Of a stretch of DNA of 60,364 nucleotides, positions 37,094 to 48,442 are shown piece after piece (position 1 is the first letter of the stretch; the number at the start of each line of letters is the position of its first letter). The translations under genes and the position numbers were made by a program. Source of the stretch: Desulfobacterales bacterium (GTDB lineage: Bacteria > Desulfobacterota > Desulfobacteria > Desulfobacterales > UBA5616); assembly GCA_046483495.1 (NCBI GenBank), contig JAWODC010000051.1, positions 1 through 60,364 on the forward strand, given 5' to 3'. The notes below the pieces were generated by a model. It made no database searches and had not been told where the DNA came from. It saw nothing but the letters and a program-made list of their open reading frames with translations.

Positions 37094-38341
37094 TCAGATA
37101 ACGCCGAGTTGATGTAACCGGTTTAGCGTGTTCTCGGGAATGCCCAGTTCCTTTTGGTAGACGTCGTGGTTATGTTCGCCGATAAGGGGTGCTCGGGTTT
37201 CGACACGCACTGGCGCTTCGGAGCATTTCGCAAAAGGTCCGCAATAGGGGATTGTATCGTTTAATTCCGGGTGCTGCACGGTCGTCCAATATTCGCGCGC
37301 CCGGCACTGGTCGTTGTTCCAGATGTCTTCGACCGTGGCCACCGGCGCCAAAAGAATGTTTCTTTTTTTCGCTTCCTCGTACAATTCGGATTTATTTTTG
37401 CTGATGATGAAATTCGATATTTGCGCCCGCACTTTTTCAACCAGCGGCTCGTTGAACATGTCGTATTCGGTCTTCCAGTCCAATTGTTTAAGCCAGTCCG
37501 GGCACACCTTCTCTTCATCCATCCATTTGACCAGGGCCTCGGCGCTTTCCCGCATGGAAGCTGCGGCGCCGCCGCCAAACAGCAGCGTCACCCATCCGTC
37601 CCGGGCCTCGTACCCGATTTTCCCGGTCAATCCCAAAACATTCCAGCCATAGCCGCCGCGCGGCAGATCATATTGATAGCACTCCCATAAGCCTACGGTA
37701 AACATGGTAATCCAGATCAGGTATTGCTGTATGGACACATCCACGTGCTGGCCTTCTCCGGTGACGATGCGATGCCACAATGCAAATAGGGATGCCGCGG
37801 CCCCCACGTTGCCGCCATGAAGAAACGCCTGCGGAAAACTGATCCGGGTCGGGGGTCGGTCCGGATCACCCATCGTATAGAGGGTGCCGCCGCTGGCCCA
37901 TGAAATAAGTTCCGTCGCCTTGTAATGAGCTTTGGGACCGGTCTGCCCGAATGCGGATATGGAGGTTAAGATGATCCCGGGCTTGATATTGCAAAGTGAA
38001 TCGTAGCCCAGCCCGAGTTCGTCCAAAAAGCCGGGCTCGAAGTTTTCCAGAATGATGTCGGAAGTATTGGTCAATTCCCGGAAAAGCCCCTGTCCGTCAG
38101 GGGTATGCAGATCCAACGTTATTCCGCGCTTATTGGTGTTGTAGGCAAACCAGAAAAGGCTTTTTTCGGGATTCGGATCGTCCTTGTAGAAAGGGCCGAT
38201 ATTTCTGCTGGCGCTTCCCCGGGGCGGCTCGATTCTGATGACGTCAGCGCCGAGGTCCGCGAGAATTTTGCCGCCCACCATGCAGCCCCCTTCGGTTAAG
38301 TCGAGAACTCGGTAGGGGGACAGCATTTTATCATGTTCCAT
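37094..38341 (-). CDS. Family III CoA transferase, subunit lacking the catalytic Asp (BbsE-like)
   Basis: RVLDL, LADLGADVIRIEPP and NTNKRGITLD motifs; PQAFLHGG at the Asp position; GQHVDVS and APLIGEHN. Confidence 0.88.
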   Translation of the reverse strand: MEHDKMLSPYRVLDLTEGGCMVGGKILADLGADVIRIEPPRGSASRNIGPFYKDDPNPEKSLFWFAYNTNKRGITLDLHTPDGQGLFRELTNTSDIILENFEPGFLDELGLGYDSLCNIKPGIILTSISAFGQTGPKAHYKATELISWASGGTLYTMGDPDRPPTRISFPQAFLHGGNVGAAASLFALWHRIVTGEGQHVDVSIQQYLIWITMFTVGLWECYQYDLPRGGYGWNVLGLTGKIGYEARDGWVTLLFGGGAAASMRESAEALVKWMDEEKVCPDWLKQLDWKTEYDMFNEPLVEKVRAQISNFIISKNKSELYEEAKKRNILLAPVATVEDIWNNDQCRAREYWTTVQHPELNDTIPYCGPFAKCSEAPVRVETRAPLIGEHNHDVYQKELGIPENTLNRLHQLGVI

Positions 38342-38371
38342 GGTTGCCTTCCTTTAAACGGGGGTTCATCG

Positions 38372-38824
38372 TCACCGGTCAGCATATCTGCTGGGTAGCA
38401 GGACCGTTGCCGTACAGGGCGTCGTGATGCCCTGCCGGTCGGTCTCGCACCAGATTTCCGTGTCAACATAATGGTTTTCGTTTTGGGCGTATTTCCCGGT
38501 AACCTTGCCCTTCACAGTCATCGTATCCCCGAGAAAATTCATTTTCCTCATTTCGATTCGATACCGGCAAAGACGGCCTTCCGGTCCAATCCAGTCCGTC
38601 AGGAGCCTTCCCGTGGCTGCTGTCAGAAACCCCGTATTCACGAATACGTCCGGAACGCCCTGGGTTTTGGCAAATTCCGGGTCGTGATGGACCGGGTAGT
38701 AATCCTGGGTGCCGCTGACCTGCAGCATGATACGGGTCATGTCGAGTTTAAGCGCATATTCTGTAGGTATGTCCTGGCCGACAACGACATCTTCCCACCA
38801 GAGCTGTTTTCGTTCCATGACCAT
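38372..38824 (-). CDS. MaoC-type (R)-hydratase/dehydratase, catalytic subunit
   Basis: WEDVVVG and SGTQDYYPVHHDPEFA (D-x4-H hydratase motif). Confidence 0.85.
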   Translation of the reverse strand: MVMERKQLWWEDVVVGQDIPTEYALKLDMTRIMLQVSGTQDYYPVHHDPEFAKTQGVPDVFVNTGFLTAATGRLLTDWIGPEGRLCRYRIEMRKMNFLGDTMTVKGKVTGKYAQNENHYVDTEIWCETDRQGITTPCTATVLLPSRYADR

Positions 38825-38830
38825 CTCCTT

Positions 38831-39370
38831 TTATTGCCCGCTTTCCGCCACTTCATCGGGAGATCGATGGCAGAGCAGGATGTTTCGAATCAGGCATACG
38901 TCTTCATCCCGCTGGTTTTGAATATGAAATTCGATGACCATCCAGAACGCTTTGGGATCGATGCGGATGGGCTTCATATAGACATCCCCCAGCCGGGTCT
39001 TCATGGTCAGCCGATCGCCAACCAGAGCCGGTCTGAACCATTCCCATTCCTGGGCCATGTTGATCAGATATTTGCCGGGGGTCGGTGGCAGGATCCCTTC
39101 ACCTGTTGTCAAATTACGCATCATCGTTGGAGATCCGTTGCTCATGATGCCAAAGGGTGCAAACGGTGGAAGAGCTGTTTTCCCTTCCGTGGTTTTGCCG
39201 GCATATTCGGGGTCTAAAAATAATGGATTGTCGTCGTCGATCATCAGGCAGTATCGTCGAATGGGCTCGTATTCAACAGGATAAGGAAATTTCTGCGGTT
39301 GTGTTTCCCTCCCGATCAATTTTTTGGCCTCGTCGAGAAATTCTTCCGGCGTTTTTCCGGACTTTGACAT
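38831..39370 (-). CDS. MaoC N-terminal/FAS1-like hot-dog protein (partner subunit)
   Basis: VEYEPIRRYC...DDNPLFLDPEYA...ALPP and QEWEWFRP..VGD motifs; no catalytic His. Confidence 0.82.
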   Translation of the reverse strand: MSKSGKTPEEFLDEAKKLIGRETQPQKFPYPVEYEPIRRYCLMIDDDNPLFLDPEYAGKTTEGKTALPPFAPFGIMSNGSPTMMRNLTTGEGILPPTPGKYLINMAQEWEWFRPALVGDRLTMKTRLGDVYMKPIRIDPKAFWMVIEFHIQNQRDEDVCLIRNILLCHRSPDEVAESGQ

Positions 39371-39523
39371 GTGATTTTCCCCTGCCTTGTATTCAAAGGA
39401 AAGTCGATCAGAGTGACAGGAACAGGCAATTCTGTTCAATGACTTCGATATCGATGACCGTAAAAAAGACCATGGTTCAGCTTTTTACCGTTCATAAAGC
39501 CGCTGAACTCCTGCCATTTTTCA

Positions 39524-39664
39524 TTAAGGCGGGTTCCATCCATGGTACCGCTCGAAAAAATGTCGGGATTCGGGAAGAGGGACGGATCGGGTCGTTGGCG
39601 ACTCCGCTGCCATAGGGCCATTGGATGTCATCATACCGGTCATTTTACCAAGGGCTTTGAACAT
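39524..39664 (-). CDS. Possible 46-aa small ORF or gene remnant
   Basis: Perfect SD AAAGGAGGT 7 nt before the ATG; MFKALGKMTGMMTSNGPMAAESPTTRSVPLPESRHFFERYHGWNPP; no recognisable family. Confidence 0.3.
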   Translation of the reverse strand: MFKALGKMTGMMTSNGPMAAESPTTRSVPLPESRHFFERYHGWNPP

Positions 39665-40140
39665 CGGATTTACCTCCTTTTTTTAAAAAGGTAAAATCAG
39701 ATGGATAGACCAGATTCAGAAAGGAGACAGGCGATCAGTTAGCAATGGATGATATCAAGCGGTTGAGGTGATATTTCAGGATCAATACCATTATTTTAAC
39801 ATACAGACTTTTTCGTGTCCATTATTTTAGATTCGGACTACGCTTTGGCACCCCTGTAACGGAATTCTGATGATCACATTAAGATTTGGTGATTTTCTCA
39901 TCAAAACAAACCAAAGATCTCGGATATGGTCCGCATTCGTGTCTGTTCATCATGCCCTTCCGGCGATCCGGCCCCTACCATAAAATCGGCCAAAACGATG
40001 TCTTGACCGGACCGTCCGATCGGCCACGGAAAGCAGGTAATAACAAGTTGTCAAAACTGTCACATTTTTTGCCGATTGCCTGTAAATAGGGCCCATTCAG
40101 AAACGGCAAGAGGGCGGAAAAACTATCCGGCAAAATGCCC

Positions 40141-40299
<159 letters not shown>

Positions 40300-40386
40300 A
40301 CGCTGTTGTATACGGGGTGAGTACCATTATGATCATGGGATGTCAAGAATTGATGCGGTTCGGATAAATTTTGGGGATGACGTTCA

Positions 40387-41277
40387 ATGACGAAAGTGCC
40401 TGAAAAATTGAAGGCCGGTGATACCGTCGGTATTGTCGCTCCGTCCGGCCGATTCGATCGCGACAAATTTTACCGGGGCGTCGAAATCATCGAATCCATG
40501 GGGCTGCGGGTGACGTTTCCGAAAGGCATTTTCGATGCTTGCGGGTACCTGAGCGCACCGGACGATATCCGTGCGGCGCACCTCGAGGCGGCATTTGCAG
40601 ATCCGGATGTAAAAGCCGTCCTTTGCGCCAGGGGCGGGTACGGCGCCGTTCGGGTTTTGACGCGCCTGGACTTCGAGAAAATGCGAAGCAGCCCGAAGTG
40701 GTTCGTAGGATTCAGTGATATCACCGCTCTATTGGCGGCGATTTACGGTAAATGCGGTTTTGCCGTCCTTCACGGGCCCATGGCCGCAACGCTGACCGAT
40801 ATGGATGAGACATCCATTACCCTTTTTCAGAAAGCCCTCATGGACCCGGAAAAATATCGGCTGCCGTTGGACAACTGCCGCATCATACAACCCGGAAAGG
40901 CATTCGGAAAGGTATGCGGCGGCAATCTCACCACGCTTTGCCATCTTATCGGAACGGAATACCAGCCGCGTTTTGCCAACCATATCCTGTTTCTCGAAGA
41001 TACGGGGGAAGCCGCCTACCGGATCGATCGTATGATGCACCACCTGCTCTTGTCCGGGTGCCTGAGGGGAATTCGGGGGGTGGTGTTGGGTACATTTCAC
41101 GGATGCGGGGATTACGGGCGCGTTGTGGATATCATGTGTGAAGTTCTGGAAGGCAGCGGAATTCCGATAGTGGCGGATTTCCCGGCCGGCCACGGTTCGG
41201 CGAATGTTGCCATTCCTATGGGAACCCCGGCTGTTCTGGATACTGAAGCGGGGTCCATTGCGTTCGGAGAAGAATGA
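40387..41277 (+). CDS. LD-carboxypeptidase (peptidase S66)
   Basis: ARGGYG, GFSDIT (Ser), GGNL, FLED (Glu) and AGHG (His) motifs. Confidence 0.92.
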   Translation: MTKVPEKLKAGDTVGIVAPSGRFDRDKFYRGVEIIESMGLRVTFPKGIFDACGYLSAPDDIRAAHLEAAFADPDVKAVLCARGGYGAVRVLTRLDFEKMRSSPKWFVGFSDITALLAAIYGKCGFAVLHGPMAATLTDMDETSITLFQKALMDPEKYRLPLDNCRIIQPGKAFGKVCGGNLTTLCHLIGTEYQPRFANHILFLEDTGEAAYRIDRMMHHLLLSGCLRGIRGVVLGTFHGCGDYGRVVDIMCEVLEGSGIPIVADFPAGHGSANVAIPMGTPAVLDTEAGSIAFGEE

Positions 41278-42383
41278 ACATGGAAACCGTTGATCGGATC
41301 ATGCAGCAGGGGGTTTCGGAATCGGTCTTTCCCGGGAGTGTGCTGCTGGTCTCCAGAGGTGGACGAACCGTATTTCTCAAAGCATACGGAAAGGCGGATA
41401 TATTTGAAAACCGTAAAATGACCGTCAATACGATTTTTGATCTCGCTTCATTGACAAAACCGTTGGCGACCGCGTTGGCTGTCATGAAACTGGTGCAGAC
41501 GGGCGCCGTATCGTTGGAACATACAGCAGCGTCCATTCTCCCCGAATTTAAATCCCCGGCAAAGGAAAAGATCACTCTCGGCCGTTTGTTGACCCACACC
41601 TCCGGGTTGCCCGCCTACGTACCGTATTACGAGCAAATAGCAGACCGGCCCCGAAAGTCCCGCAAATCCGAGTTGCAGTCTTTATTGGCCCAAACGCCGC
41701 TTGAATATCCTGTCGGTGAAAGCTGTGTTTACAGCGATGTGGGATACATGGTGCTGAACTGGATGGTTGAACGGCTGTCCGGCTTGCCGCTTAACGTGTT
41801 CGTCGGCCGCTATATCTACGCGCCATTGGGGCTGAACCAAGAAAACGGACTGTTTTTCGTGGAGCTGGATGCAGAAATTCGAAAAGGGGTTTTCGCCGCG
41901 ACGGAAAAATGCCTATGGCGCAAGAAAGTCGTGTGCGGTGAAGTTCATGATGAAAACGCTTATGCATCCGGCGGCGTCGAGGGCCATGCCGGATTGTTCG
42001 GCGGCATCGAAGCCGTTCATCACCTCCTTTTTGCCCTGATGTCGTCCTATCACGGCAGACAGAACATTTTCCCACCTGCACTTGTCAAGCACTTCCTGAC
42101 CCCCAAACCGGGCGAACACCGGACTCCTGGATTCGATCGGCCCGAAATTGACCATTCCAGTGCCGGTGCTTATTTTTCAAACAATTCCGTCGGTCATCTG
42201 GGATTTACCGGAACGTCGTTCTGGATGGATTTAGAACGGCACATTATCGTCATCCTTTTGACCAACCGGATTCACCCGTCCCGGGAAAATGAGCGGATTA
42301 AAGACTTCAGGCCCAGGCTTCATGATGCCGTTATGATGCAGTTGATCGGCGCTGATGATATAAAGGCCGAAAGAAAAGCTTGA
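41274..42383 (+). CDS. Beta-lactamase-fold serine hydrolase (probable peptidoglycan-recycling amidase/esterase)
   Basis: FDLASLTK (SxxK), LLTHTSGL, YSD, GEVHDENA and GHLGFTGTS motifs. Confidence 0.88.
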   Translation: MNMETVDRIMQQGVSESVFPGSVLLVSRGGRTVFLKAYGKADIFENRKMTVNTIFDLASLTKPLATALAVMKLVQTGAVSLEHTAASILPEFKSPAKEKITLGRLLTHTSGLPAYVPYYEQIADRPRKSRKSELQSLLAQTPLEYPVGESCVYSDVGYMVLNWMVERLSGLPLNVFVGRYIYAPLGLNQENGLFFVELDAEIRKGVFAATEKCLWRKKVVCGEVHDENAYASGGVEGHAGLFGGIEAVHHLLFALMSSYHGRQNIFPPALVKHFLTPKPGEHRTPGFDRPEIDHSSAGAYFSNNSVGHLGFTGTSFWMDLERHIIVILLTNRIHPSRENERIKDFRPRLHDAVMMQLIGADDIKAERKA

Positions 42384-42385
42384 GT

Positions 42386-42528
42386 GTGTCCATCCAGAAA
42401 TGGCCCTTTCACGCGATTTCTGCGTTGGACGCAAAATCGAAATCCTCAAAATAGCACACTATTCCTGCGGTTTCGATCTTGCGCCCCCCCTTGAACTCAC
42501 GCGAAATTGCCTATTTCTGGATGGGCAC
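42386..42528 (+). repeat. ~143 bp palindromic dispersed element, copy 4 (subtype A)
   Basis: GTGTCCATCCAGAAAT...GCAAAATCGAAATCCTCAAAATAGCA..ATTCCTGCGGTTTCGATCTTGCG...TTGAACTCACGCGAAATTGCCTATTTCTGGATGGGCAC; right two-thirds nearly identical to copy 1. Confidence 0.92.
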
Positions 42529-42896
42529 GAGTTAAGCAAACAGGCGGTTCGTTTTTTCAGGTTTCCAAAATTCGAGTGTGGGTCCGTTCGGAAACATGAA
42601 TGTATGAATGTGTTCGTAGCGGGGTGTTGCCGTCAGGGCCATATGCAACGTCGAGACCGGCGCATGCTGTTTGTGGGTGGAAACAAATTAGACGGCGATA
42701 TTAAGATATTTCACTTGTAATATGCCCCTAATTTTGGTAGCCATGAATGGCTTCGGCGGAAAGAATAAATCTCATCTCCCCTTTCTAGGTGATATCCGAT
42801 TCACCACCACCAATTAAAAACCAATAATGACCAGGGGAAATCAAGCCGCCGACCCCGGCATTCGGCAATAATCGTGTTCACTATCAGTTAAAATGA

Positions 42897-43940
<1,044 letters not shown>

Positions 43941-43946
43941 TCAGGC

Positions 43947-44777
43947 ATGTTCTCAAGAAAATCGGTAATTATTATTGCCATTGCTCTCTTGTTTACGATC
44001 AATATCATTATGCTGTCGATCGGCGGGACCCGGTATTCTTCGCTTGCCGTAAGGCGTGTCATGATCTCCGTCATCGCACCTTTTCAGAGCCTGGCGTCCC
44101 GGACCATTCGCTTTTCAGGGGATATCTGGCGCCACTATTTTCAACTCGTTTCCGTTGCCAGAGAAAATGATCGCCTGAAAGAGCAGTTGGCCGCCGCTCG
44201 GGGGAGCATCATCGAGAACAAAGAGCTGGAGCTTGCCAACAGCCGTCTTCGAAATCTGCTGAATTTTCGTAAAAGCATGAATTTCGAAATGATGGCATGC
44301 GAAGTGATTGCCAAGGATCCCTCCTCGATTTACCGAACCGTCATTATCGATAAAGGTGAAACCGACGGTTTGTGCGTCGGACTGCCGGTCGTCCTGCCCG
44401 AAGGCGTGGTGGGCCAGATTATCGATGTCACCCGCCGAAATGCCAAGGTGCTGCTGGTCGTCGACATCAACAGTTCGGTGGATGCTCTCGTCCAGAGGAC
44501 CAGGGCCAGAGGGGTTTTCAAGGGCACTTCCCGAATGGGAAAAATGGATTACGTCATATGGAAAGATGATGTGACCGTCGGTGATATGGTGATTTCCTCC
44601 GGTTGCGACGGTGTGTTTCCAAAAGGTTTGCTCCTGGGACGGGTGGTGGGCGGCAAAACGGATTCGGCCGGCATTTTCCAGGAAGTGAATGTCAAGCCCT
44701 TTGTCAATTTTGATAAATTGGAGGAAGTTCTCGTGTTGTTGAATCCCTTTGTTCATGAAGCTGTGGCGGAACCATGA
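43947..44777 (+). CDS. mreC: Rod shape-determining protein MreC
   Basis: TM segment, coiled coil (ENDRLK), IDKG and SG.DGVFPKG; follows mreB. Confidence 0.95.
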   Translation: MFSRKSVIIIAIALLFTINIIMLSIGGTRYSSLAVRRVMISVIAPFQSLASRTIRFSGDIWRHYFQLVSVARENDRLKEQLAAARGSIIENKELELANSRLRNLLNFRKSMNFEMMACEVIAKDPSSIYRTVIIDKGETDGLCVGLPVVLPEGVVGQIIDVTRRNAKVLLVVDINSSVDALVQRTRARGVFKGTSRMGKMDYVIWKDDVTVGDMVISSGCDGVFPKGLLLGRVVGGKTDSAGIFQEVNVKPFVNFDKLEEVLVLLNPFVHEAVAEP

Positions 44778-45289
44778 TCTATGTATTTCACATCTGCATC
44801 GGCATTCTTCTGATCACCCTTCAGACGAGCGTTATCCCGTTGCTTCCCGTACGGTTTGAATTTTATGACATTCTCATTCCGGTGGTTATCTATTTGGGAT
44901 TTTTTCGTCCGATTAGAGAAACGATTCCTATTCTGGTTTTTCTGGGTTTGATGATGGACGGCATCTCCGGAACCGCATTCGGATTTTATCTCAGCAGTTA
45001 TGTTTGGATAGCGCTGGCGGTCATCGTCATCAAGCAGTTCTTTTTGACAAGAAACCTTTTGCTGCTTTCGATCGTGACCATGTTGGGAGTTTTGATCGAA
45101 CACGCAATTTGGTTCCTGATGGAAAATGTGTTCGAATTCAAACTCCATGAATTAACCGGCATTATCAGAGTGGCGCCCCTGCATTTGATTGTTGCGGCCG
45201 TTACAGGCCCTTTCATCATCATCGTCCTGGTAAGGCTGCAGCGATTCTGGGAAAAACGCATAACAGCGCGTGTTTTCAAAAGAGGGTGA
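44774..45289 (+). CDS. mreD: Rod shape-determining protein MreD
   Basis: Hydrophobic 171 aa with GLMMD...G..FG; lies between mreC and mrdA. Confidence 0.8.
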   Translation: MIYVFHICIGILLITLQTSVIPLLPVRFEFYDILIPVVIYLGFFRPIRETIPILVFLGLMMDGISGTAFGFYLSSYVWIALAVIVIKQFFLTRNLLLLSIVTMLGVLIEHAIWFLMENVFEFKLHELTGIIRVAPLHLIVAAVTGPFIIIVLVRLQRFWEKRITARVFKRG

Positions 45290-45332
45290 GCAAAATTTCT
45301 CAAAAAATACCATTTTGCTCAGGATCACGGCC

Positions 45333-47210
45333 TTGAGAAAATATTTCAAAATACCGGATATCGATTGGTACAAACAACGGTTGATCCTTACGATGTACGT
45401 GATGATCGCCGTCTTTCTCGTGCTGTTTATCCGCCTGCTGTATCTTCAAATGATCAAAGGACAGGAATTTCGAAGGCTTTCCGAAAACAACTGTATTCGT
45501 CTGCAGAGTATCACGCCCGCCAGGGGCCTGATTTTCGATCGTTCGGGTAATCTGCTGGTGGATAATCGTCCCTCTTTCGACCTTTATATTACCGTAAAGG
45601 ATGCCGGACCTCTGGATGAAATCGCCATGAAACTGGCGGAGTACGCCGGTATACCCTGTGACATGCTTTTAAAAACGATCGCTGAAAAGAAAGCATCGCC
45701 TTACAAACCCATTTGCATACTGCGGGACATGAGCAGGGATACGCTGGCAAAAATCGAAGTGCACCGGTACGAACTGCCGGGAATATCCGTCGCGGTAAGG
45801 CCTGTGCGGCAATATATATATGGCAAACGGGCGGCGCACCTGATCGGCTATCTGGGAGAAATCAGCTCCGAAGAACTGGCATCCGGCCACTATCCCGGGA
45901 CCAAGGGCGGTGATTATATCGGTAAATACGGTGTGGAAAAGAAATTTGAAACGTACCTCAGGGGTAATCCCGGCGGCCGCCAGGTGGAGGTAAACGCCTC
46001 CGGACAGGTGCTGCGGGTATTGAAAACGGTTCCGGCGGACCCCGGATGCAACCTGTATCTGACGATTGATGAAAGGCTTCAGAAAACGGCTGAAATTCTG
46101 TTGGCGGGGAAGGCCGGGGCCGCCATTGCCATGGATCCCGACAACGGAGAGATACTGGCCATGGCCAGCAGCCCGACCTTTGACCAGAATGCATTCGTAA
46201 GCGGCATGTCTCCGGAGGAATGGAACGCCCTTATTTCAAATTCGGACAGACCCATGGAAAACAAGACTATACAGGCCGAATACCCTCCTGCATCCACATA
46301 CAAAATGATTACGGCAATGGCCGCATTGGAAGAAGGCGTAATCGACAGAAATACCGTGATTCACTGTTCGGGAAGATATGTCTTCGGCAATCGCGTTTTT
46401 CGTGACTGGAAGCTGTCAGGGCACGGCCCCATGAACGTCTGTAACGCACTGGCGCAGTCATGTGATGTTTTTTTTTATCAGGTTGGCCTGAAGCTGGGGG
46501 TGGACCGGCTGGCTTCTTATGCCGTCAACTGCGGATTGGGAAATGCGACCGGTATTGAATTGGGGCATGAAAGTCGTGGCCTCGTTCCGACGTCAACCTG
46601 GAAAAAACAGCGCATCGGGTCGGCCTGGCAGCCTGGAGAAACGCTGTCCATCGCTATCGGACAGGGATATAATTTGACAACCCCTCTTCAGGTGCTGGTT
46701 TTGACATCCGCTATTGCAAACGGCGGAAAAAAGTACCGGCCGCAGATTGTAAAGCGAATCGAAACGGAGGATGGCCTGCTGGTACGGGAAGCCGTGACGG
46801 AGATCACGGGAACGCTTCCGGCATCAAATGGGACATTGGAAAGCCTTAAAAAGGGCATGCTGATGGTGGTCGATCGTCCGTTTGGGACGGCTTACGGCGC
46901 CAAACTTGAAAATATACGGATGAGCGGTAAAACCGGAACCGCCCAAATTGTGGGAAGAAGCGCGGAAAAAAACGGTAAAACCCCGAAACACCTGCTGCCG
47001 CATGCCTGGTTTGCGGCATATGCGCCGTCGGAAGATCCTGCAATCGCCGTCGTTGTCCTCATCGAGCATGGAGAACACGGTTCCAGCGCCGCCGCACCTG
47101 TTGCCTCCCAATTGATACAGTGCCATTTAACCGGTGATTATGAAATCGAGCCCCCGGAGCCGGCTTCCACTGATCAGGTTGCCGAAACCGGAAATGAAAT
47201 GGTTCAATAA
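45333..47210 (+). CDS. mrdA: Penicillin-binding protein 2
   Basis: PARGLIFDR, YPPASTYK (SxxK), SCD and GKTGTAQ motifs; start uncertain (TTG at 45333). Confidence 0.95.
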   Translation: MRKYFKIPDIDWYKQRLILTMYVMIAVFLVLFIRLLYLQMIKGQEFRRLSENNCIRLQSITPARGLIFDRSGNLLVDNRPSFDLYITVKDAGPLDEIAMKLAEYAGIPCDMLLKTIAEKKASPYKPICILRDMSRDTLAKIEVHRYELPGISVAVRPVRQYIYGKRAAHLIGYLGEISSEELASGHYPGTKGGDYIGKYGVEKKFETYLRGNPGGRQVEVNASGQVLRVLKTVPADPGCNLYLTIDERLQKTAEILLAGKAGAAIAMDPDNGEILAMASSPTFDQNAFVSGMSPEEWNALISNSDRPMENKTIQAEYPPASTYKMITAMAALEEGVIDRNTVIHCSGRYVFGNRVFRDWKLSGHGPMNVCNALAQSCDVFFYQVGLKLGVDRLASYAVNCGLGNATGIELGHESRGLVPTSTWKKQRIGSAWQPGETLSIAIGQGYNLTTPLQVLVLTSAIANGGKKYRPQIVKRIETEDGLLVREAVTEITGTLPASNGTLESLKKGMLMVVDRPFGTAYGAKLENIRMSGKTGTAQIVGRSAEKNGKTPKHLLPHAWFAAYAPSEDPAIAVVVLIEHGEHGSSAAAPVASQLIQCHLTGDYEIEPPEPASTDQVAETGNEMVQ

Positions 47211-47284
47211 GGGCGCAAGGATGATAAAAGATATACAATTCATCGCAATGCGAAAGTATCGAATTCCTCAGGAAAGAGACAGCC

Positions 47285-48388
47285 ATGTTTGACCGGCGAT
47301 TGCTGGAAAATTTCAACTGGGGCCTTCTCGGGCTGACGTTCATTTTTGCAGGTGTGGGGGTTGCCACGGTTTACAGCGCGGTAACGGCGAGTCCCGACAC
47401 GTTTCAGAGCAACCTGTACCTGAAGCAGGCTACCTGGTACCTGGCCGGGCTTTCAGCGATGATTCCCTGCATGATTTTGAATTACCGGTTGCTGGAGCGG
47501 TGGGCATATGTCCTGTATACTGCGTGCATCGGTCTTCTGATATGGGTGCTGTACTTCGGTCGATTCGCCGGTGGCTCCAGGCGCTGGATCGATCTTGGCG
47601 TTTTCTCCCTTCAACCTTCGGAACTGATCAAAATCGCCCTGATTATCGTTCTTTCGCAGTATTTCGCACGTCGTGCGCGTATTGCCGGCCTGACAATCAG
47701 GGATTTGGCCTGGCCTTTTATGCTGGTCGGTGTGCCGTTTCTTCTGATTGTGAAACAGCCGGACCTCGGGACGGCCCTTCTGCTGGTCTTGGTTGCCGGG
47801 ACAATGACGGCCTTTGCCAAAATCGAGAAGCGGTCCTTGATATGCCTGGCGGCTTCGGGACTTGTTTTTGTTCCTATGATATGGTTCTTTTTAAAGGAGT
47901 ACCAAAAGCAGCGGATCCTCACGTTTTTGAATCCCGATCGTGATCCGCTTGGTGCGGGATATCACATCATCCAATCAAAAATCGCCATCGGGTCCGGTAT
48001 GCTGCATGGAAAAGGTTTTTTGGAGGGAACCCAGAACGCCCTGGCTTTTCTGCCGGAGCAGCACACGGATTTCATTTTTTCCGTGTTGGCGGAAGAATGG
48101 GGATTTATAGGAAGCACCGGACTCCTGTCGATGTTTATTTTATTGCTGGTCGTATGCCTCAGCATTGCGCATTCCTGCAGGGAGCCATTCGGCGTTTATC
48201 TGTCTGTCGGCATCACAGCCCTGATCTTTTGGGAGGTTTTAATCAATATCGGCATGGTAATGGGATTGATGCCGGTGGTGGGTATTCCCCTTCCGTTTAT
48301 CAGTTACGGCGGATCTTCCATTGTGGCTAAAATGATTTGTGTCGGGTTGTTGTTGGGGGTGAGTATGCGCAGGTATATGAAACCTTGA
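47285..48388 (+). CDS. rodA: Rod shape-determining protein RodA (SEDS)
   Basis: RWI...QPSE, QPDLGT, FLPEQHTDFIF and LPFISYGGS motifs. Confidence 0.96.
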   Translation: MFDRRLLENFNWGLLGLTFIFAGVGVATVYSAVTASPDTFQSNLYLKQATWYLAGLSAMIPCMILNYRLLERWAYVLYTACIGLLIWVLYFGRFAGGSRRWIDLGVFSLQPSELIKIALIIVLSQYFARRARIAGLTIRDLAWPFMLVGVPFLLIVKQPDLGTALLLVLVAGTMTAFAKIEKRSLICLAASGLVFVPMIWFFLKEYQKQRILTFLNPDRDPLGAGYHIIQSKIAIGSGMLHGKGFLEGTQNALAFLPEQHTDFIFSVLAEEWGFIGSTGLLSMFILLLVVCLSIAHSCREPFGVYLSVGITALIFWEVLINIGMVMGLMPVVGIPLPFISYGGSSIVAKMICVGLLLGVSMRRYMKP

Positions 48389-48442
48389 GCACGGCCCGTC
48401 CAGAAGCGGCATCTTTTGGCCCGGAGCGGCGTTATAAAAAAC

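Noticed and set aside
41274..42383. Antibiotic-resistance beta-lactamase
   Set aside because: No signal peptide, and it is coupled to an LD-carboxypeptidase next to mre genes; cell-wall recycling is more plausible.
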